In this document: positions 8,627 through 18,800 of the stretch, one piece after another
Position numbering within the stretch: position 1 is the first letter of the stretch
Layout of the letters: each line of letters starts with the position of its first letter
Origin: a virus
Taxonomy: Duplodnaviria > Caudoviricetes
Virus record (IMG/VR): IMGVR_UViG_2660238657_000001
Span: 1 to 64,000 of that record
Reading direction: 5' to 3' (one strand)
Length of the DNA: 64,000 bases
Notes under the pieces: model-generated
The model's database searches: none
Told to the model about the DNA's origin: nothing
What the model saw: the letters and a program-made list of their open reading frames with translations, nothing else
Translations under genes and position numbers: made by a program

Positions 8627-10642
8627 CTATATTTCATATATTGAATAATCAAAATACTGTTCGCCAAATTTTTCTATATACTGTTTTCTGTCAGTTGAAT
8701 CATCATCCATAAACATTTCTAAAACTTGCTTCGCTTTTTCTATATCATTAATGGTAATTTGAGTTAGTTTGCGATTTTCAATATTCATAGCCGTTTCTGA
8801 CAATAAATCTACGCTTAAACCTCCTAATCCTTTAAACCTTGAATCTGTAAATTTTTCATTTTGATTGTTTAAATTTTTAATAATATTATTTTTTTCCTTT
8901 TCATTGTAAGCTAAATATGTTTTATTTTTAGTATCTATTCTATACAAAGGTGAATCTAAAACGTATAAATGACCTTGTGCTATTATTTTAGGTGCTAAAA
9001 CATAAAATATCCCTATAACCAGTGAACGAATATGTAAGCCATCTTCATCTTCATCAGAAAATATTATTATTTTATCAACATCTAAATCATCTATATTAAA
9101 TTGTTTAACTCCTTTTATGGATTTTCCTTTATATTGCATACCACATTGTAATATTTGGAAAATATCCGTAACTTCTTCGTTTTTTAATATATCATCTAAT
9201 GATTTTTTTAAGGTATTTAAAGGCTTACCTTTAAGTGGATATATAGAATGAACCTTTTTATTTCTTGATAATTTTACTGAATTTAAACTTGAATCACCTT
9301 CTATTAATATCAATTCTTTCTCGTGTTTATTTTTAGATTGACAAGGTACAAATTTGTCAGGTCTTCCTGTTGATTTATTAACATCTTGTTCTAATTTTTT
9401 TCTAATTTCTTTTCTATTTACTTCAGCCTTTTCTCTACTCCTTTTGTTAATTAATAACTTATTGGCTATCTTTAACATTTCATCTTTATGTTCAATTGCG
9501 TATATTTCAAAATAATCCATTATAGACTTTGTTAAATGAGTTTTAAAATATTTAACCTTAGTTTCAAATTTAGTTTGATTACTATACATATTAGGATGTA
9601 ATGAACTAAAATCAATCATATAATTTAATCCACATAGTATATCATCTTTACTAATGTTGGATTCTTTTTTATTATATAATCCTTCTTTATTAATAAAATT
9701 ATGAATACACTTTCTTAGTCCATCTATGATACCATCTTGTATAGTTCCATGATGTATTAACTCACTTCGATTTAAAAAATCCATATTTACATTATTGTTT
9801 TCTTCAATTGTATAATTCAATATTAATTCGTAATTCATATTATCTTTATATTGATGATTTTCAAAAGTTACATCTTGGCTAAAACTGTCTTTTATAATTA
9901 TATCCTTACAAGATTTACTTTTATCATGCAAATATACATTAAATAACTCTTCTAACCCGTTAGACAAATTATATGTAACTTCTTGATTAGTAGTTTCATC
10001 TACTATAATTATCGGCTTTTTAATTAATGCTGATTGTTTTTGGCAGATATCACATATTTCATCAAATGTAAATTTATTCTCTGTATATACTTGATCCGAT
10101 AATTTATATTTAATTCGTGTATATGTTTTATCTGTTTTTCCTATGATTTGTAATTCTTTATCGATAAAGCCTTCTTTAAATGAGCAAAAATAAATGTTGC
10201 CATCAGGTCTTCCAATTTCATATTCAACATATTCTGATGAATAAGTTAACACCGTGTTAAATACTCCATTGCTACCCGTATTTTTTTCACCAGTTTCTAA
10301 TCCATTATGTTTTGTTCCTGCAAATAAGGTTAATAATAATAATTCATAATTAGATTTTACTTCCGTCGTTTCTCTCCCCTTTACATCTTTCTTTTTTATA
10401 ATTGTAGTACCTTCAAGTGGTAAACCTGTTCCATCATCGTAAATTTCTACAGTTTTATCATCATAAATTGTCCATATAATCTTACTACCTATATTCTCTA
10501 TTAATATATCTCCTGAATTAGCAGTAAGCTCTTTAATAGTGTGGATTACGGCTTGGTGAGTGTTTGACCCAAGCCATATTCCTATTTTATTTCTTACCTT
10601 ACCTCTATCATCATAATAGTTTATTACCTTTTGTTTAGTCAT
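8627..10642 (-). CDS. gyrB: Type IIA topoisomerase subunit B (GyrB/ParE-like)
   Basis: GHKL DDGTGLP; TOPRIM EGDS, PLKGKPLN, DEDEDGLHI; RFKGLG. Confidence 0.93.
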   Translation of the reverse strand: MTKQKVINYYDDRGKVRNKIGIWLGSNTHQAVIHTIKELTANSGDILIENIGSKIIWTIYDDKTVEIYDDGTGLPLEGTTIIKKKDVKGRETTEVKSNYELLLLTLFAGTKHNGLETGEKNTGSNGVFNTVLTYSSEYVEYEIGRPDGNIYFCSFKEGFIDKELQIIGKTDKTYTRIKYKLSDQVYTENKFTFDEICDICQKQSALIKKPIIIVDETTNQEVTYNLSNGLEELFNVYLHDKSKSCKDIIIKDSFSQDVTFENHQYKDNMNYELILNYTIEENNNVNMDFLNRSELIHHGTIQDGIIDGLRKCIHNFINKEGLYNKKESNISKDDILCGLNYMIDFSSLHPNMYSNQTKFETKVKYFKTHLTKSIMDYFEIYAIEHKDEMLKIANKLLINKRSREKAEVNRKEIRKKLEQDVNKSTGRPDKFVPCQSKNKHEKELILIEGDSSLNSVKLSRNKKVHSIYPLKGKPLNTLKKSLDDILKNEEVTDIFQILQCGMQYKGKSIKGVKQFNIDDLDVDKIIIFSDEDEDGLHIRSLVIGIFYVLAPKIIAQGHLYVLDSPLYRIDTKNKTYLAYNEKEKNNIIKNLNNQNEKFTDSRFKGLGGLSVDLLSETAMNIENRKLTQITINDIEKAKQVLEMFMDDDSTDRKQYIEKFGEQYFDYSIYEI

Positions 10643-11639
10643 TAATATATTCCTCCCTATGATTTAATAATATATGTTGTATTTTCGGATTATCTATATA
10701 TTTTTTAATTAATTTATTGTATTCGGGATTATTACTACCAAAATAAATTATTTCAGCGATTTCTCTTACTTTTACAGCTTTATCATAGTCTTTATAATAT
10801 CCTAACCCTATTTTCTTGTTATATTGGTGAATATAAACTTCCCAAGTTTTACGTTGTTTATTCCATGATATTCCTTTGTGTCCTGATGTATTAGTAGAAA
10901 ACATTCCTGTATTAACTACATTATCTTTAAATGTTGCTAATCTTAAATTGTGCCTACGATTATCTTGTTTATCACGATTAATATGGTCTACAATTATACT
11001 TTTGTCTTTAGCATTATGTACATTCATTATATATCTATGTAATCTCATATTTTTAGTTTTATTATTTTTATCTTTAAATTTATAACAGGCATATCCGTCC
11101 TTATGTTTATATATTTTATGAGATTTAACAAAATTAACTACATCTAAATCAATTTTAAATATACCATTTATATCTCCATTTATATCATATGTATCAAATT
11201 CAGCATAGTCTTCATATATATGTATTTCATTAGGATCGTAAATTGTTCTTTTAATATCTCCTTTCTTTCTTAGTATACGTTGGTGTCTTTGACATAATAA
11301 ATTTCCTTCATTAAGATAATTTGTCACCTTATGCGTACTTCCACAAACTTCACATTTCATTTGTGGTAATATTTTTTCTTTACATTCATAACATATGTAA
11401 TTACCTTCTTGATAAGATTTACTATGATGTAGGCTTGCAATAGTTATTTCTTTAATATTAGTTTTACACTTATCACATTGAATTTTAATTTTGTTTTTAC
11501 TATGGGCAGATACATCTTTTATATCTATATTGACTGTATCACCTATATTGCATTGATACCCCTTGCCTTTGTATAAATCTACGTTAAAATTATTAATTTT
11601 CATTTTTGTAACTTTGTCTATTACCAATTCATAAATCAA
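10635..11639 (-). CDS. Free-standing HNH homing endonuclease with C-terminal AP2 domain
   Basis: RLHRYIM, VDHINRDKQDNRRHNLR, TSGHKGISW...W...I...LGYY; N-terminal Cys pairs; overlaps the gyrB start. Confidence 0.88.
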   Translation of the reverse strand: MIYELVIDKVTKMKINNFNVDLYKGKGYQCNIGDTVNIDIKDVSAHSKNKIKIQCDKCKTNIKEITIASLHHSKSYQEGNYICYECKEKILPQMKCEVCGSTHKVTNYLNEGNLLCQRHQRILRKKGDIKRTIYDPNEIHIYEDYAEFDTYDINGDINGIFKIDLDVVNFVKSHKIYKHKDGYACYKFKDKNNKTKNMRLHRYIMNVHNAKDKSIIVDHINRDKQDNRRHNLRLATFKDNVVNTGMFSTNTSGHKGISWNKQRKTWEVYIHQYNKKIGLGYYKDYDKAVKVREIAEIIYFGSNNPEYNKLIKKYIDNPKIQHILLNHREEYIND

Positions 11640-11678
11640 TCCTTTCTTATTGTTGTATTTATCTTAATTTAACTTTAT

Positions 11679-11737
11679 ATAAAAGTATTCTTTTATTGTG
11701 TTTTGGTGTTTTGCAAACCCTTATATATCAAGGGTTT
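11679..11737. repeat. ATAAAA-N6-TTTTAT dyad plus AAACCCTT/AAGGGTTT accessory dyad
   Basis: ATAAAA GTATTC TTTTAT (11679-96), 18 nt, AAACCCTT-N7-AAGGGTTT (11715-37). Confidence 0.7.
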
Positions 11738-11970
11738 GCAAGTTTGGATTTTATCTTAATGCCTGTTATTTCTTCATACTTTTGGTATAATCTTTTAAGA
11801 TTATCAGTTTCTAATTCCGTTACAAAAATGTCCTCATTACATTGACTACAAACACCAATATTTTCTTTTACATTTACTTTAACACCTTTATATTCCTCTA
11901 TTATATTTTTTCGTATTCTGTATTGAACTTTTCTCTTACATTTGGGACAAAATGCTATGTTCTCTTGCAT
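11728..11970 (-). CDS. YgiT/MqsA-type zinc-ribbon protein (antitoxin N-terminal domain only)
   Basis: FCPKC...EYKGVKV.V......CSQCNEDIF...LE..N....Y; no HTH domain; AAGGAG RBS. Confidence 0.7.
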   Translation of the reverse strand: MQENIAFCPKCKRKVQYRIRKNIIEEYKGVKVNVKENIGVCSQCNEDIFVTELETDNLKRLYQKYEEITGIKIKSKLANP

Positions 11971-12016
11971 ATATTTTATCGTCTCCTTATTTTAAACTTG
12001 TCATTATACAAGTTCA

Positions 12017-12178
12017 TCACTCATTAGTTGCTGTTAATATTAATCTCATTTCTCCATAAAAGTTCGGATTTAGATATATTTTTCCTAAATCATAATCGAA
12101 ATTTTCATCATCTACAATTGCAATCTCTAACTCACCGTCTAGTAACTCTAATTCATTTCTTAAATCTCTTACCTTCAT
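12017..12178 (-). CDS. Small hypothetical protein (53 aa, MKVRDLRNELELLDG...), not in the ORF track
   Basis: AAGGAG RBS, ATG, open frame to TGA. Confidence 0.55.
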   Translation of the reverse strand: MKVRDLRNELELLDGELEIAIVDDENFDYDLGKIYLNPNFYGEMRLILTATNE

Positions 12179-12255
12179 TAAAACATCTCCTTATATTTGT
12201 GTTGATTGAGTATTATTCATCCTCAGTAATAGAAACTATTGTAATATCATATTAT

Positions 12256-12474
12256 TTAAAAAGTTATTTCTTTGTCTTGAATATCAACTTCTAAATCTTC
12301 ATGAAAAATATATATGCTATTTAATTTATCAATTAATTCCGTTATGGTCATTTTTAATTTTCCTTCTGTTCCATAGTCTAACGCTCTATACTTACAACTC
12401 TCCTTCATTTCAAGCCATTTCGTAGCACTGTCTTTCATATTTTCTTGTGCCTTATGTATTGACAATAAGGACAT
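12256..12474 (-). CDS. Hypothetical protein
   Basis: ORF co-oriented with the operon; the 3' end may be decayed. Confidence 0.4.
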   Translation of the reverse strand: MSLLSIHKAQENMKDSATKWLEMKESCKYRALDYGTEGKLKMTITELIDKLNSIYIFHEDLEVDIQDKEITF

Positions 12475-12521
12475 TTATAACCTATTTTAAATCCATTTAT
12501 TTATAACATATTTTTAATCGC

Positions 12522-12797
12522 CTATTCACCTAATTTCTGTGTAAACTCGTCTATCTTGCCTTCAAGTTGATTTAATCTATCCATAATGACTTTTAGATCA
12601 TCATTATCTAACAGAATCGTCTTTTTGATAAATTTCAAAGCAAAATTAAGATTTGTAAAGTATCCAACATCTTCCCAATACTCCTTACCTATATTTTCTT
12701 CTTTTGTAAGTCTACCTGCTTGTACTACTTTCTTCTTTTGAACTATGAATTGCTTATCATCCGTAACTATTTTATATCCATTAAATTCTAATATCAT
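12522..12797 (-). CDS. Conserved phage hypothetical protein
   Basis: GAAAGAAGGA RBS; YKIVTD..QF...W..vGYF pattern. Confidence 0.6.
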   Translation of the reverse strand: MILEFNGYKIVTDDKQFIVQKKKVVQAGRLTKEENIGKEYWEDVGYFTNLNFALKFIKKTILLDNDDLKVIMDRLNQLEGKIDEFTQKLGE

Positions 12798-12847
12798 TTA
12801 TTTAATCCTTCTTTCTTTTTAATTTATTCTATATTTTATCTTGTAAT

Positions 12848-13444
12848 CTACTTTAACTCTGGATGATAATAGTGATAACCACATACAGGAACATAATATT
12901 CTTCTACATTACTATTTACATCACCTATTCGTATTGTTTCTCCTCTATATATAGGTTCTCCATTTACTACTCTTAAATTTTGAGTAGCTTTTTTATTGCA
13001 GTATTCACATACATCTTTAATTTCCTCTATCTTATCTGCATAAAACAACATAGCTTTGCTACCTTCAAATAGTTCTCCGTCTATATATGTATTCTTTAAT
13101 CCATACCCTAACGTTGGTATATTCAATTCATGAACTATATTATGTAGTTGTTTGGCTTGTTCCTTAGTAATAAATTGAACTTCTTCAATGAATACTGCAT
13201 AAATAGTATCTTTAGAATTTAATGTATTTACTAATTCAAATAAATTTTCATTTTTATCAAAATCAATACATGCATGAGAAATTCCTACTCTACTTTCAAC
13301 AATATTAGGTTTGGATCTAGTGTCTATCTTAGGTTTCAATACTACAACCCTTCTATTTTTTTTATCATAATTATGTACTGCCATTATTAAATTTGCTGAT
13401 TTAGCTGAGTTTAATACTCCGTATCTATAATATAATTGTGCCAT
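12848..13444 (-). CDS. tdk: Thymidine kinase
   Basis: MAQLYYRYG..NSAKS, KPKIDTR, EEVQF, LFEGS, C..C zinc site, YVPVC..HY. Confidence 0.93.
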   Translation of the reverse strand: MAQLYYRYGVLNSAKSANLIMAVHNYDKKNRRVVVLKPKIDTRSKPNIVESRVGISHACIDFDKNENLFELVNTLNSKDTIYAVFIEEVQFITKEQAKQLHNIVHELNIPTLGYGLKNTYIDGELFEGSKAMLFYADKIEEIKDVCEYCNKKATQNLRVVNGEPIYRGETIRIGDVNSNVEEYYVPVCGYHYYHPELK

Positions 13445-13598
13445 AATATATTCCTCCTACAATTTTATTTATATCAACTTGCATATTAATTTCCTATATT
13501 TTACTATTTTAAGTATTTTACCGAGAATATACTTTTACATAAGAGTAAATATGCAAGTTCATTATATTATTTATTCATTTTGATTATTTAATATTATA

Positions 13599-14141
13599 TT
13601 ATTTATTATCCTTCTTTAAATCCTTTAATATATCATTAAATCCATCATATACATCACCCATCTGTCTAATCATTCCTATAATAAATTGGTTAAATCCTAC
13701 AGGAATATAGTTTCCTTTGTAATTATGAGCTGTACCTTTTCTTATATCTGGTAAATTAGCATATATTTCCTTTTTAGGTATGTATTTTAGAATGTCTTCT
13801 AATGTATATCCTTGTTCAGCTAAGTGATGTATGAAATTACAAGTCCAAGCAATTCCTAATTCAGCCATAACACCTTCATCTCTAGTTGATATATCAGCTA
13901 TTACTGTATGAGATTGTAATACCTTTTGAGCATCTATATTGAATATATCTTGATCTGTAGGTAATTTTGATTTATCATTGCATGGTGCTTCAATTGGATT
14001 GTAAAAATCTATATTTGTGTTTTCTCTTAGTAATCTACCTTCTTTTAATCTTTGCGATATATCAGCTTCATTAAATAAACCTCCTGCTATGTACCCTTGT
14101 TTTTGTTCTGTTGTAGTTGATTCGATATTAATATTTTTCAT
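13599..14141 (-). CDS. Nucleoside 2-deoxyribosyltransferase family protein
   Basis: YIAGGLF, YNP, D...V, DEGVMAELG motifs. Confidence 0.82.
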   Translation of the reverse strand: MKNINIESTTTEQKQGYIAGGLFNEADISQRLKEGRLLRENTNIDFYNPIEAPCNDKSKLPTDQDIFNIDAQKVLQSHTVIADISTRDEGVMAELGIAWTCNFIHHLAEQGYTLEDILKYIPKKEIYANLPDIRKGTAHNYKGNYIPVGFNQFIIGMIRQMGDVYDGFNDILKDLKKDNK

Positions 14142-14194
14142 AATATATATTCCTCTGTTTAATTATTTATGTTTTAATTTAATTGTATTAATTC

Positions 14195-14461
14195 TTATTT
14201 ATATTTCTTAACTAAAACTAATACCCATAAAGCAATAATCGCATTTAAAAATTGAGTTACCATTATAAAATTTGGTACATGACTTATTAACATATTAAAT
14301 GCTATACAAAATAATCCAGTGGTTAAAATAACCCAAAATGATAATGATATATCCTCTGACTTTTTAGTTTTGTATAATTGTATTATCTGTGGAAAATATC
14401 CTCCCAAGAGTAAAATTGAACCTGAAAGTTGGAGTAAAAAACTTATAACTTGTTTTGACAT
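14195..14461 (-). CDS. PQ-loop / SemiSWEET-family three-helix transporter
   Basis: YFPQIIQLYKTKKSEDISL; three hydrophobic helices in 88 aa. Confidence 0.85.
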   Translation of the reverse strand: MSKQVISFLLQLSGSILLLGGYFPQIIQLYKTKKSEDISLSFWVILTTGLFCIAFNMLISHVPNFIMVTQFLNAIIALWVLVLVKKYK

Positions 14462-14630
14462 TGTAACCCTCCTTGTTTTTAATTTATTTATTATTTTTAA
14501 TTTTTGTTTATAACAGTTAAATTTATTGTTGTTCCATTCTTATCTTTAATTCTTCCAATAATTCTTCATTAGTGTTGCAACAAGTTATGAATCTACTGAT
14601 ATTATTATTTATTTTCATCATCCCCTTTTA

Positions 14631-14648
14631 ATAAAATATTCTTTTTAT
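14631..14648. repeat. ATAAAA-N6-TTTTAT dyad
   Basis: ATAAAA TATTCT TTTTAT, intergenic. Confidence 0.6.
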
Positions 14649-14691
14649 TGTTTTTTGTTTTAATTAATTTATATTTTTCTCTATATATGTA

Positions 14692-15348
14692 TTAACTTTC
14701 TAACGATATTAATTCTTGATTTAATAGATTTATTTGCTCCATTATTTCTTGCTTACGTCTTTCTTTAATTTCATCTTCAACACTTTTATTTTCTTCTTTT
14801 GATTTAAACATTTTTTCGTATTCCCAATAATCTCTTTGCAGTCCATCCCATGAGCATGTCCCTAAATCATATTGTTTAGTTATTGCAAATGATGGTGCGT
14901 TCCAATCACATATCTCACCACAACAATGATGTTCTTCGTTATAACCCTCGTTACCTTGTTCACATTGACAATAATCCCCATCTATTTGATTGTATTTAAA
15001 TTCTATAGTGTACCAATAATCTTCTCTATATTTTTCAATCCATAAACCACTTTGTCGTTCTTCTTTGGGCTTTTCAATAAATAAACTAATTCTACCATTT
15101 GAATGCCCACTTTCATCTTCTTCATACATATTGAATGTATAACCGTTAGATAAATCTTCAATAAAGTCTTTGTATTGGTATAATTGTTTATCGATAGCGG
15201 ACACCATAAAGCATACATCTAAAGGTTCTTTATTTTCATATTCTCTATTTTCATTTTCTTCATTAAGTGTTTTTACCAATGCTCTAATAAACTTTTCCTT
15301 CACCTTTTGTAAATCCTTATTTAGTCGTTGTTCTTCTACCACATTCAT
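14692..15348 (-). CDS. Acidic phage hypothetical protein with Cys cluster
   Basis: AGGGGG RBS; YCQCE...HHCCGEICDW; upstream consensus promoter. Confidence 0.7.
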   Translation of the reverse strand: MNVVEEQRLNKDLQKVKEKFIRALVKTLNEENENREYENKEPLDVCFMVSAIDKQLYQYKDFIEDLSNGYTFNMYEEDESGHSNGRISLFIEKPKEERQSGLWIEKYREDYWYTIEFKYNQIDGDYCQCEQGNEGYNEEHHCCGEICDWNAPSFAITKQYDLGTCSWDGLQRDYWEYEKMFKSKEENKSVEDEIKERRKQEIMEQINLLNQELISLES

Positions 15349-15407
15349 TCCCCCTTATTATTTTATATTTGTTTGATTTTGCATACCTTGTTTCTTGGTA
15401 TATTTAT

Positions 15408-15436
15408 ATAATATCACCACACTATTCCAATGTCAA
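15408..15436 (-). promoter_or_regulatory. Sigma-A-type promoter
   Basis: TTGACA-N17-TATTAT with extended -10 TG and AT-rich UP region. Confidence 0.7.
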
Positions 15437-15533
15437 TGCTTATTTTGAATTATTTTAATTTATTTTTATTAACATTCTTAACTGTGCCTCTTTTACTTAA
15501 CTTACTAACTATATCAAAAACTTGTTTAGTTAA

Positions 15534-15560
15534 AAGAGTAGGAAATTTAATCCTACTCTT
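15534..15560 (-). terminator. Terminator downstream of the ntnh-bont operon
   Basis: AAGAGTAGGA-N7-TCCTACTCTT perfect 10-bp stem. Confidence 0.65.
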
Positions 15561-15809
15561 ATAAAGTGCTTATATCCAAAGTCACAATGGTTTTACGGAC
15601 TAAATTATAAAAATTAAACATCTTCTTTTTTAACTCTGGAAGATTATAGACAGGACAATCAGTATTTTACTGCTGGAATTGATAATAAATATACTCTTTT
15701 AACAGTTTTAAATATAATTTATTTAGTTATTTTATTAATGTTCGACTAATCAAAACATATTTCAATTTAATATTAAAATATTTAACATAATTTATACTAT
15801 TACTTATTA

Positions 15810-18800
15810 TTATTCACTTGCAGGTACAAAAACCCAATGAGTTGATGTTGATTCTAATAATGAAGCATAATGCTCTATTTTTATAACAGGAATTAAATAT
15901 TCGTGATTAAACCAATAGTCATCTCCAAGTTTGAAACTATAACTACCAATTGATAGTATTCCAATCCTATTTGTTGTTGCATTACTTGACAAAAATAATT
16001 GTGATGCATAGTAATCAAAAGTATTGCATGGTTGTATTATAAACGAACCATATTTACGTATCTCATCCATTGGTTGATCCAATGCACCTAGTGGAACTAA
16101 ATCAGTCCCTAGATTTCTAGAAGGTTTATACATACCTAAACTATATTGTTTGTTATCAATTGTAGTATTAAAATATAATACATTTTCTCCTCGTACTCTA
16201 GTATCATTTGTATTTCCTATAATTCTTTTTATTATAATTTTATATCCTTCATTGAAGTCATTATTATTTTTACGTGTATTAAAAACAATTCCATTGCCTT
16301 TTTTAGACATATATCTATTCATATAATTTACGTTAATCATGTAATATTCTTTATCATATCTTAAATCATTTCCCCAATAATCTTTTACAACATTAGTATA
16401 TTGCAAGCTATTAAATAATATATTAATATCTTTATCATCTAATTCTTTAGCAAAGATATAAAAATCCCTTATCCACATATTGATGTTATCAGAATCTGAG
16501 GTAATTAAACCAGTATTTGGAATTTTATTCATTTGAAATGTTATAGTTTTGCTAAAATTAATTCCAGTTAACTCTTTAACTTTTATAGTATCTATTAATT
16601 TTCCATTTATATAAATCATCATATTTCCCATCATATTGGTAGTAATAGTTACAAAAAACCATTTATTATATCCCGCAGCATTCTTTGATATATCATAACT
16701 AAAGTTTATATCTTGTTCACTATTTTCATTTTGTTTTAAAGTAAACACTAAAAAATTACTAATAATACCTATACTCCAACCTGAGTTATTTTTAACACTA
16801 TCAATTATAGTATATCCAGGTAAATTACTTACCCATTTATTTATCCTAATCCAAAAACTAATACTAAAACTTTCATACATAGCATTATATACAATATTTT
16901 CATTCTGGGTTACTATAACTTTACCTCTATCATCCCCTGAACTACCTAATTTAAAGTCAAATGGAAATATTGGATTAAGCTGAACATTGCCTTCTACTCT
17001 CACTTCTGCGTTATATCCTGATGTATCCATCAAAGTATTTTTTTTATTTTGTAAGCTCAAAATTTTTGAATCATTAATACTATTGAAATATTCATTAATC
17101 ATATCTTTTAATAAAGAATTATTAGTATATGAAAAAATATTAAAGGGTATTGTATTTTCAAAACTCTCATTTACTTTTGCTTTTAATCTATCTACTTCAC
17201 CAACTAGAATAATATTATGACTATCTATAAGATTAATTAATTCTGTTTTAGTTTTTAAATCAAACTTATTTAATTCATCAATTACTTTAGGGAGCATATT
17301 TTTAAATAAGTATGTTACAGAACATTCTCGTATAAATTTATTTATATTATTCATTGCTTCCGAGATTTTTACATCTAAACTATTTTTTAAATTTTCAACT
17401 TGACTTTTTATATTTTCTTTATCACTTCCTGAGTATTTTTTATATTCTAAATCTATTTTAGCTTTGATTGCATCTGCCTGATAACTCAAAGAATCATACA
17501 TTTGATAACTTATATGATTAAATTGAGTAGTAATTCTTGACAACCAATTTGATACCATCCATTGATATGAATCTTTCCATCTCTTAACTCTTTGTTCTAA
17601 ACAATTTTCTATAGTTTTAATAATTTTCTCTCTTTCTTGAATAGAACTATAAAAGGTAAATACACCGAGTGCAGGTATTGTAAACTCTGGAAATCCTTCT
17701 AACAAAAAAGCTACACCAGCTGTTGCAAATGCTTGCTTAAAGTTTCCCCTTAATGCTGAATTTCCTATATTTAAGGCAGGTCCTATATATGGAATTATGG
17801 CTGATACATCTGATATTTTATCCAATGTATCTTTTTTCATAATATTTGTAGTAAAATCCTCAACTACTTCATTCGCCCAATTTAAGAATAAACCTGCTTG
17901 AACACCTTTATTCACTTTTTCAGCTAAGCTAGGTAAAAATGTGTATATCTTATTGCTATAACCTAATGCTTCTTCAACTGAAGTTGTAAGAGTAATATTT
18001 TCAACATTATTACTTAATTTTTGGGCTTCCAAATAATAATAAGAGTTTAAATAATCAACATCTTTAGTAATATCATCATAAAATACTTCTTCTTCACCTG
18101 GAACATTTAAAGGTTCCATATTAACATTGGGTAACAGTGGATCTACTGCTTCAGGATTAGTAGGGACTTTTGCATCTAAAATAGATTCATCTAATGAAAA
18201 ATTATCTGAATAATTTTCTACATTAGTCTCATCTGTAATAATTTGACTTTCAAATATTTCTTGTGAAATGCTATCTTTATCAGCTACATAAGGTAATGTA
18301 TTATTTTTAACTTGAATACATGTTGAATCATCTCTACTATTTCTTGTTAATCTTAAACATACTTTTGTAAACAAATCTACTACACTTTCTGAACTAAGTT
18401 TTTGTAGTGCAGGATTCCTTTCTATATTCTGACCCGAATTTTCTATATTAAAACCTTTAGTTGTTAAATTAAAACCGTTTATTATAGTATAAATATTATC
18501 ATCTAATATATTTGCAAATACAGGTAGATAATGCTTTGAAAAATAATGAGTCCTGTTTTTAACATTATATTGCGAAGAATAAACAACTTCTGACATAACA
18601 TTAGTCAAGTCTGAATATAAGCTATTGAATTTATCAATATTTACAACAAAATTTCCTGTATTATCTTTATCAAAATTATACTTTTCAGAAAATATTTTTT
18701 TATATTTATCTATATTACTACTCCAACTAGAAGGAATAGTTTTATTAATATTATTAAGTCTTTTCGCTATATCTTTATAGTGACCTAATGCTTTTTCTCT

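Noticed and set aside
12056-12073. ATAAAA GTTCGG ATTTAG as the partner dyad closing the MqsA-like module
   Set aside because: Two mismatches and inside the 12017..12178 ORF; such matches are common by chance in DNA this AT-rich.
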